64,000 bases of DNA. It comes from an uncultured virus (IMG/VR IMGVR_UViG_3300009151_005798) (Duplodnaviria; Heunggongvirae; Uroviricota; Caudoviricetes). The stretch is taken from IMG/VR virus record IMGVR_UViG_3300009151_005798. One strand, written 5' to 3'. Position numbers and translations under genes: made by a program. Numbering within the stretch: the stretch's first letter is position 1; each line of letters starts with the position of its first letter. Positions 58,044 through 64,000 of this stretch are shown piece by piece. Below the pieces are notes generated by a model that did no database searches, had not been told where the DNA came from, and was given only the letters and a program-made list of their open reading frames with translations.

Positions 58044-59120
58044 ATGAAAAAATTACTATACTATATTCCACACAGAATTTATCGTGCCAATTCAATGCAC
58101 GATGTAAACCCAGTTACAAAAGAATTTATTAAAATGTTCAATCCTTGGATTAGTCTAAGCGATAGAACAAATACTATTACAATACCCGGTGTAGAAATTT
58201 TTAATAACAGTCCTATTCCAGTTCTACCTGCGGTAGTTCCTTCATTCTCATCTGCCAGCTACAGTAGAATTGACGAATGTATTGCAATTGCAAATAGTCG
58301 TGGAGCAGAGAAGATTGTTGTTTTTTACTCAGGTGGTATCGATTCTACACTAATTGTATCTTTGTTAATCAGTCATCCAGATTGGAGTTCTCTCAAAGAG
58401 AAAATTTGGTTGGCAATCAATGAAGACAGTCAACTTGAAAATCCAAAATTCTTTGATGAGATTGTACTACCAAACTTTGGTACAAAGTTACTGCCCAGTA
58501 ACAATTACTATGGAATTATCACTGATTCAAAGAATGTTTGCATTACTGGCGAATGTGCAGATAACTTGTTTGGTAGTCTGACGCTAAAAAGTTACATGGA
58601 TAACACATTAAACTACAATGCAATACACGAACCCTGGGATGGAGAAACGGGCAGTTTAAATTGGTTGCTGGATAAAGTTAATTTATACAGGGATCAACGA
58701 GAGCAAATGCTGTATGACTTGGTCAATGCGGCGCCTGTTGATATTCGTAGTAACCATGATTTTCTGTGGTGGTTAAACTATACAATGAAGTGGCAAGCTG
58801 TCAAGTACCGCATGGCAATGCATGCTCCGACAGCAACTGATGCAGAATACATTGCTGGTAATATTATCAACTTCTTTGATAGTCAATCTTATCAGGAATG
58901 GGCATTATACACCACTGAACAGAAGGTTGGTACTACATGGAATTCTTATAAGCTTCCGGCCAAGGCTTTGATCAATGATATCTGGGCCAATGCTGAATAT
59001 CAAACATACAAAACCAAGTGGCCAAGCTTGCCAAGTATCACTCGTTATAATAATGCTTGGGGATTTTTGTGGCAGAATGAAGATGGTTCGTTCACTGCCA
59101 CAAAGGAATTAGACGACTAA
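58044..59120 (+). CDS. PP-loop / asparagine-synthase-like protein
   Basis: VFYSGGIDST and ITGECADNLFG. Confidence 0.7.
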   Translation: MKKLLYYIPHRIYRANSMHDVNPVTKEFIKMFNPWISLSDRTNTITIPGVEIFNNSPIPVLPAVVPSFSSASYSRIDECIAIANSRGAEKIVVFYSGGIDSTLIVSLLISHPDWSSLKEKIWLAINEDSQLENPKFFDEIVLPNFGTKLLPSNNYYGIITDSKNVCITGECADNLFGSLTLKSYMDNTLNYNAIHEPWDGETGSLNWLLDKVNLYRDQREQMLYDLVNAAPVDIRSNHDFLWWLNYTMKWQAVKYRMAMHAPTATDAEYIAGNIINFFDSQSYQEWALYTTEQKVGTTWNSYKLPAKALINDIWANAEYQTYKTKWPSLPSITRYNNAWGFLWQNEDGSFTATKELDD

Positions 59121-59774
59121 GTCAGTGGCCATTGGGAAGATTTTAGCAATTACTTCGGCACATGCTCGTGCCACTTCCTGATGTTCCTTTTGTGTGCCAT
59201 TTGCACTGCGTAGTTCAATAAAGTGAATCCAGCTACGCAATGTTCCATTCATATACAAACGACTAACAGTCAAGCCCTCAGGTAAAACTGCTCGGGCTTG
59301 TTCTTTGGCAATGCCATTGGCAATGGCCCAATCATATGCATTGGTGGCCGCGTCAATGACTGCCTGTTGTTTATCAAGCCAAACCATTTGTGTTTCGTGC
59401 TCTACTGAGTCGATACTGTTTTGTCTATTTTTGGGATCTTGTAACCGTGCTTCTCTAAGTACGAATGACAAGTCTTTAGTAGGATCAGCATATCGTTGGC
59501 TGAACTCTTGGAAACTAAAACTTCTGTGTCGCAAGATTTGACGGGCAATGTCTCTAGTGGTTGTGATTTCAATACAGGCACTGACCATTTCAAGTGGACT
59601 CCAGTGTGCGTGTTTGATAAGGTATCTAATAAGCTTTTCTGATGTGTCAGTGTTAAGCTGATTGGCAGGATTGGACACACGGGCGCAATACGCAATGAGT
59701 TCCTGTGCATCCGTGATGCCAAGATCTGCAAATTCTTTAGTTGGATTTGAGTAGCTGAGTAGTCGTACATTCAT
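59109..59774 (-). CDS. thyX: Flavin-dependent thymidylate synthase
   Basis: CARVS, HWSPLEM, RQILRHRSFSFQEFSQRY, EQARAVLP, LRSW.HF..LR. Confidence 0.95.
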   Translation of the reverse strand: MNVRLLSYSNPTKEFADLGITDAQELIAYCARVSNPANQLNTDTSEKLIRYLIKHAHWSPLEMVSACIEITTTRDIARQILRHRSFSFQEFSQRYADPTKDLSFVLREARLQDPKNRQNSIDSVEHETQMVWLDKQQAVIDAATNAYDWAIANGIAKEQARAVLPEGLTVSRLYMNGTLRSWIHFIELRSANGTQKEHQEVARACAEVIAKIFPMATDLVV

Positions 59775-60673
59775 GTAAGTTCCTTTTTATCAATTATAGC
59801 ATCTTTTCTAATAGACCACAATCTTTTTATCTCACTTGGCGGAGCAAACGGCAATACTAATAACATGCAAGGATCAAATTCAACAGCTCTTCCGCTGACA
59901 CTGGAACCAAAATCAAAACTACTTGCCTTTTTGTGATGGTTGTTGTGCCAACCACTTCCCCAGTGGAAGTATCCAATCCACCATACATTGGTACTGGCAT
60001 CTTTATTATCAAAGTTTCGATAGCCTGCGGCTGGAACATGTCCAAATGTGTTGACCAGTCCATCTGCATGTAAGCTCATTAAGCTACCTATTACAAAAAA
60101 CCAAACGGTAAAAGTAAGGCCAAACAGTAGCCAGCTTAATAATAGTGTAGCATAGATAATCTTGTTGTAATTTTCATGGATGAATGTAATTCGTTTATCT
60201 CTAAGCAAATCAACTGCATGTCTAAAGCTCACACTATTTTGTGTGATGGCAAATTGCCAGCCCATGTAACTCCACCATTTGCCGTTGTCGACCGGGGTAT
60301 GAATATCTTTACCAGGCTGATCACTTACGCGATGATGATGACCACGATGTAGTGCAACCCACCATAGCGGACTGCCTTCGCCAACCATGGTTGCGGCCCA
60401 CAATAACAACGGCTCTGCCCACTTGTATGGTGTCCAACTTTTATGACTTAAAAATCGATGTAGTGTTAGATTGTTGCCAACACCATCCAGTAGTATCCAG
60501 CCGCAAATGGCTGTGACCGGCAACCACCATGACCATGCTGTTGTTACAGCATACACAATTGCAATTATTGCCGCAAGGTGGTAAGGAAACCATATTGCTA
60601 TGATATAAGGAATTTGGCCAGTTTTACTATACAGGGAGGCCTGGTTATCAAACCAATCTAATACTCTTCTCAT
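59771..60673 (-). CDS. Membrane acyl desaturase (delta-9-like), second copy
   Basis: HRFLSH, HRGHHH, DIHTP, NTFGH, GWHNNHH. Confidence 0.88.
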   Translation of the reverse strand: MRRVLDWFDNQASLYSKTGQIPYIIAIWFPYHLAAIIAIVYAVTTAWSWWLPVTAICGWILLDGVGNNLTLHRFLSHKSWTPYKWAEPLLLWAATMVGEGSPLWWVALHRGHHHRVSDQPGKDIHTPVDNGKWWSYMGWQFAITQNSVSFRHAVDLLRDKRITFIHENYNKIIYATLLLSWLLFGLTFTVWFFVIGSLMSLHADGLVNTFGHVPAAGYRNFDNKDASTNVWWIGYFHWGSGWHNNHHKKASSFDFGSSVSGRAVEFDPCMLLVLPFAPPSEIKRLWSIRKDAIIDKKELT

Positions 60674-61312
60674 TTATTCTTTTTCTCTTCTAATTGCTTT
60701 ACCACCTTCGCTCGGTGCTTCAGTATTTGGTCGTCGAAGTATATATCTTCTCAGGTCCATATCATGCGGATGTATTGTACTGCCCATTAAATCATGTATC
60801 AATGCGTATGGACTTCTTGATTTTGCAGGAACCATACATTCTACAAATGTATAGTACCGTTCTCTAAAAGGAAGCATGATCTTACTGTAAGCCTCGCAAC
60901 GACTTGCTGGATATGTAACAAAAAATTCATTTAGTCCAGCATTTTCATGTATAACACAAAGCTGTTCCATGATTTCTCTAAATGTTGGAATAAATCTCAC
61001 TCCTACCCTAGGACTTAATAACCAACTGACAGACCAACTTGGCATTACATTGTATCGACGTACTCCTACTGCGGCAATCCATTGTCCGTTTTCATCTTCT
61101 AGCGCATACACTTGTCGTATGTTGAAATTTATAAAGCTACTGGGCCGTAAAAATGTCATAAAAAATTTACGAAACTTTATGTCGTCATCTATATCGTTTG
61201 AAATTTTAAAGTCTGGATATTTGTCTGGATCTGTATTTTCGTAGATGTCTAAAGCAAATGTTACCAATTGCTCCAGGTGATCTAAGGTTAATGGTACTAA
61301 GCGACTTGACAT
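60674..61312 (-). CDS. Hypothetical protein, GNAT-like
   Basis: VYALEDENGQWIAAVGV beta-hairpin followed by W.VSWL. Confidence 0.5.
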   Translation of the reverse strand: MSSRLVPLTLDHLEQLVTFALDIYENTDPDKYPDFKISNDIDDDIKFRKFFMTFLRPSSFINFNIRQVYALEDENGQWIAAVGVRRYNVMPSWSVSWLLSPRVGVRFIPTFREIMEQLCVIHENAGLNEFFVTYPASRCEAYSKIMLPFRERYYTFVECMVPAKSRSPYALIHDLMGSTIHPHDMDLRRYILRRPNTEAPSEGGKAIRREKE

Positions 61313-62250
61313 ATTGTTTGTATTCCGTTTATTAAATTTTTCTCTAATGTGAGTGCAGGTACTTTATAAAACCTAGACTCAAATGTTAATCCATTGGACG
61401 ATATGTTATAAAGTACTGCATCCCATAAATGATAATAGTTTTCCATACCGTGCCATTTTGGTCTTGGTCTAAATTGATAGCCCAAGCTTGAGTAAATTTT
61501 CATCTTGCTAGATGTCCAGCCAAGCTTGCCTGGAATTTGGTCTCTAATTAATTTTGCAACTGTTTCTTCTTGTAAAAATGCCAACATAGATTCTGGGCTA
61601 TAAGTATAAAAATTATTCAAGGCTGGTATTCCAGTTTTGTCAACAAACCTGCGCCATACACCATCTTGATCTTCTTTCTTTAAAAAGCACCATTCAAATT
61701 TATAGGCGCCCGTTTCCCAGTTAATCTGCGGCACCTTTTCCAATTCTACTTCGTCAACAGTTATCATTGGTGCGGCAAATTGTTCAGCTACTTTTAATAA
61801 AATTTGTTGATAGAAACTGTAACTTTGATAACGATTGGCAATGTCATAACATTCGCCACTGTCAAAAAATGCTTGCGGATCAAAATCAATTATGTCGCAT
61901 TTCAACCCCATTCTCTCAACCATTCCCAGCATAGGGCCAATGTCGTAGTTGTTGTTATTGTTTGCAAATTTAACTGTTGCCAATTTTGGTTGTATTCCAG
62001 CGGCTAAAAAACTGCGGAGGGCAATCTCACTATCTAACCCACCACTCATAAAAATTGTCAAGTCTGGAAAATCTCTATACAAGCACCGAGCGTTTCTGAT
62101 TAGTTCGGCTCGTAATGCCATAGGAGTACGAGTACATCCGCCTACACTCATTGAGGTCGACTCTAGATCAGATGTACGCCAAACACTTGATTGGTCATTG
62201 TCATACCAATACTTTAAATGGTAATTTTCAGTGTTTCTAATAGAATTCAT
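61297..62250 (-). CDS. PP-loop (adenine nucleotide alpha hydrolase) protein
   Basis: IFMSGGLDSE, FYTYSPE, SSK..IY, RPK.HG.E. Confidence 0.65.
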   Translation of the reverse strand: MNSIRNTENYHLKYWYDNDQSSVWRTSDLESTSMSVGGCTRTPMALRAELIRNARCLYRDFPDLTIFMSGGLDSEIALRSFLAAGIQPKLATVKFANNNNNYDIGPMLGMVERMGLKCDIIDFDPQAFFDSGECYDIANRYQSYSFYQQILLKVAEQFAAPMITVDEVELEKVPQINWETGAYKFEWCFLKKEDQDGVWRRFVDKTGIPALNNFYTYSPESMLAFLQEETVAKLIRDQIPGKLGWTSSKMKIYSSLGYQFRPRPKWHGMENYYHLWDAVLYNISSNGLTFESRFYKVPALTLEKNLINGIQTICQVA

Positions 62251-62888
62251 TATGCATTAAATGGCTCAGTTCTCACGCCAAACTTGTCTATCAAGTCATT
62301 GACTATTGGCTCAAGTTGGTCGTAAGCAACCAATGGTTTTATTACAGCCCATTGCGGTGTGTTATGTAATCTAATTTTATTATCCAGTGGAATACAATCA
62401 TTCCACCAATCGCTCCAGATAGTACCAAGGGCGCGGCCTTGCCCTTTGGAAAATCGTACAATAATATCATAGATTGATTTGTTGTAATCATTGAATGTTA
62501 GTAACATTCCAAGTTTACCTCTGGACTCACACCATTCTAAATTACTAGACAACAAGTATTTGGAAACAGAATTGTCGCTCCTATATGGTGGTAGTACCCA
62601 ACAGCGGTTGCCACCGGATCCCAATTGATCATGCAATGGGCAGTCTTCAACTGCGCTTACACCAACGACACTTTCTACATCTTTGTCGTATAAGAAAGTA
62701 ATCTGTCCATTATCTTTGGTCCATCTTTTCTTGTTTTTAACCAAGAATAAAAATCCGCTTGATGTACGATCTCCCATATTTTCCAGGGCAGGTGATTCAG
62801 TTTCTGCAATAGTTGAAAGGAACCCGTTGTACAAGGATTCGTATTGTTCAAACTCAGTTGCGTTAGTATGGAATATAGATAGATTCAT
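62250..62888 (-). CDS. Hypothetical protein, GNAT-like
   Basis: VVGVSAV...GGNRCWVLPPYR...LTFNDYN. Confidence 0.55.
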   Translation of the reverse strand: MNLSIFHTNATEFEQYESLYNGFLSTIAETESPALENMGDRTSSGFLFLVKNKKRWTKDNGQITFLYDKDVESVVGVSAVEDCPLHDQLGSGGNRCWVLPPYRSDNSVSKYLLSSNLEWCESRGKLGMLLTFNDYNKSIYDIIVRFSKGQGRALGTIWSDWWNDCIPLDNKIRLHNTPQWAVIKPLVAYDQLEPIVNDLIDKFGVRTEPFNA

Positions 62889-62903
62889 ATCTATATGTAG
62901 CTG

Positions 62904-63404
62904 TCAATCTATGTCGTTGTTTACCAAGCACATGACAATATGTACTCTATCTTCCAAGCTTCCGTTTATTGCAGTATGTTCTTCTTTTGTGTTGACCCAA
63001 TATATGCGGCCATCTGCTGGAATATGTAAAATTTCAGGGGGCCGAGTAAAAATAAATTTGGCTTGATTGTGTGTTTTGACAGCAATGTGCAGTCTGGGAT
63101 TATCGTCTGTGTGTATACTATAACACACCCTGGCAGGCATAATCATAATTCTGGATCTGAATACAGGAATTGGAAGTGAACTAAAAAAGTCCTGCCACCA
63201 GGTGCCTGCAAGATCTGGATGTATCATATTCCATTGGCCTTCGCCTTCACCGGGCCTTGAACCTGTACTGGCATTCCAATCAGCGGATCCATTTGTTTGT
63301 AAAGACAATTGTCTTTGATCTGGATGTGCCGACATCAGCAGTTGTGTTTCTGCTTTTAGTCTTTCAAAGTCAATTACGCCGGGTATTTTGCTGATCCGTT
63401 GCAT
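62904..63404 (-). CDS. Aspartyl/asparaginyl beta-hydroxylase-like 2OG-Fe(II) oxygenase
   Basis: RSRIM.M....CYSIHTD..PRLHI, HIPADG, EHTAING...RVHIV. Confidence 0.75.
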   Translation of the reverse strand: MQRISKIPGVIDFERLKAETQLLMSAHPDQRQLSLQTNGSADWNASTGSRPGEGEGQWNMIHPDLAGTWWQDFFSSLPIPVFRSRIMIMPARVCYSIHTDDNPRLHIAVKTHNQAKFIFTRPPEILHIPADGRIYWVNTKEEHTAINGSLEDRVHIVMCLVNNDID

Positions 63405-63991
63405 TATAGTTTTCCAATGGCCATATATCTATTGCACATGTACAGGTTTAACTCTCCTGCCCATAGAATAGTATTTAAGCCAGAGGATGCAACAAATTCT
63501 TCTAGGTTATTATGGCAGTTGACATGGTCAGGTACGTCAAACATGTCATTGCCTTGTAGCACTACTGTAGTTCCAGCCGGCAAGGACTTTATCCAATCGC
63601 CGTGATCTTTAAAATGCTCTACAATGGTGTCAATTAGCAACAGCTTTTTATATTTGGATAGTTGTAGTTCTCTTACATCTGTTCCTGAATTTTTAAAATT
63701 GTTGTGGAATCCAGAATTTAACTCTATTGCGGCAGAATGTACAGATGTGTCAATGTCAATGTTGATAACTGAATCTAAATTTTGTCCCAGCATGTTAGAT
63801 AAGAATGGTAACAATCCAACCCAACCGCCAACAACCAATGTTGAAGTTTCAACATCGCCCATCTTGCGTTTCTTTGGAATTAGATTTCTTTCTATTAGTT
63901 TTTCAACCAGCCAAATTTTACTTTTGACTTGATTTCGGCTCAGTGCATCTTTCCAGTTTAATTCCCTATCATTATTAATTGCAACAGCCAA
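63404..63991 (-). CDS. Class I methyltransferase-like protein (may extend beyond the window)
   Basis: S..Q..SK.WL, VVGGWVG, NIDID, DT.VEH, VLQGND....DH.N. Confidence 0.65.
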   Translation of the reverse strand: MAVAINNDRELNWKDALSRNQVKSKIWLVEKLIERNLIPKKRKMGDVETSTLVVGGWVGLLPFLSNMLGQNLDSVINIDIDTSVHSAAIELNSGFHNNFKNSGTDVRELQLSKYKKLLLIDTIVEHFKDHGDWIKSLPAGTTVVLQGNDMFDVPDHVNCHNNLEEFVASSGLNTILWAGELNLYMCNRYMAIGKL

Positions 63992-64000
63992 TCTTTTGAT

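Noticed and set aside
58044..62250. Calling the SGGxDS proteins queC
   Set aside because: Too long, no C-terminal Cys4 zinc motif, and not linked to the que genes
122..63932. Numerous antisense and out-of-frame ORFs in the track (e.g. 446-1018, 12363-13103, 44937-45494)
   Set aside because: They lie almost entirely over well-supported genes and show no motifs or RBS; treated as shadow ORFs
1..64000. Bacterial chromosome or prophage interpretation suggested by the many metabolic genes
   Set aside because: PolB-clamp, T4-type RNase H, late boxes, lysin and dense small ORFs indicate a large lytic phage; no integrase or host housekeeping operons were seen
1..64000. Stop-codon reassignment as in some jumbo phages
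   Set aside because: Conserved genes are full-length in the standard code, and TAG, TGA and TAA all end genes at sensible positions
1..64000. CRISPR array, tRNA or rRNA genes
   Set aside because: Intergenic gaps are short and I saw no repeat-spacer or cloverleaf pattern; this was by eye, not a covariance search

Overview
This window looks like a 64-kb segment of a large, T4-like or jumbo lytic dsDNA phage genome. It is AT-rich and very gene-dense, uses the standard code, and shows no rRNA, tRNA or CRISPR array that I could see. The phage call rests on a family-B DNA polymerase followed by a clamp-like gene, a T4-type RNase H, ThyX, a GH19 endolysin, many small overlapping ORFs, sigma70-type early promoters and T4-late-like TAAATA/TAAGTA boxes. 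In order, the modules are: (1) a FecR/curlin-repeat/CHASE2 adenylate-cyclase signalling module; (2) large proteins punctuated by hydrophobic-X-Glu motifs that look like protease-processed head cargo, plus the lysin; (3) a sugar/methyl/radical-SAM modification island; (4) an expanded family of small paralogous proteins; (5) replication genes followed directly by a 7-deazaguanine pathway (TGT/DpdA-like, a T-fold protein with LxxxHRHxF, FolE, QueE, no recognisable QueC) interleaved with a glycosyltransferase, GalE, a PRTase and MazG; (6) early genes including a MoxR/vWA pair; (7) a desaturase/GNAT/PP-loop/hydroxylase operon. All protein calls come from motif recognition by eye and no database searches were run. 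Several starts were moved from the ORF track to the more plausible RBS- or overlap-supported ATG.
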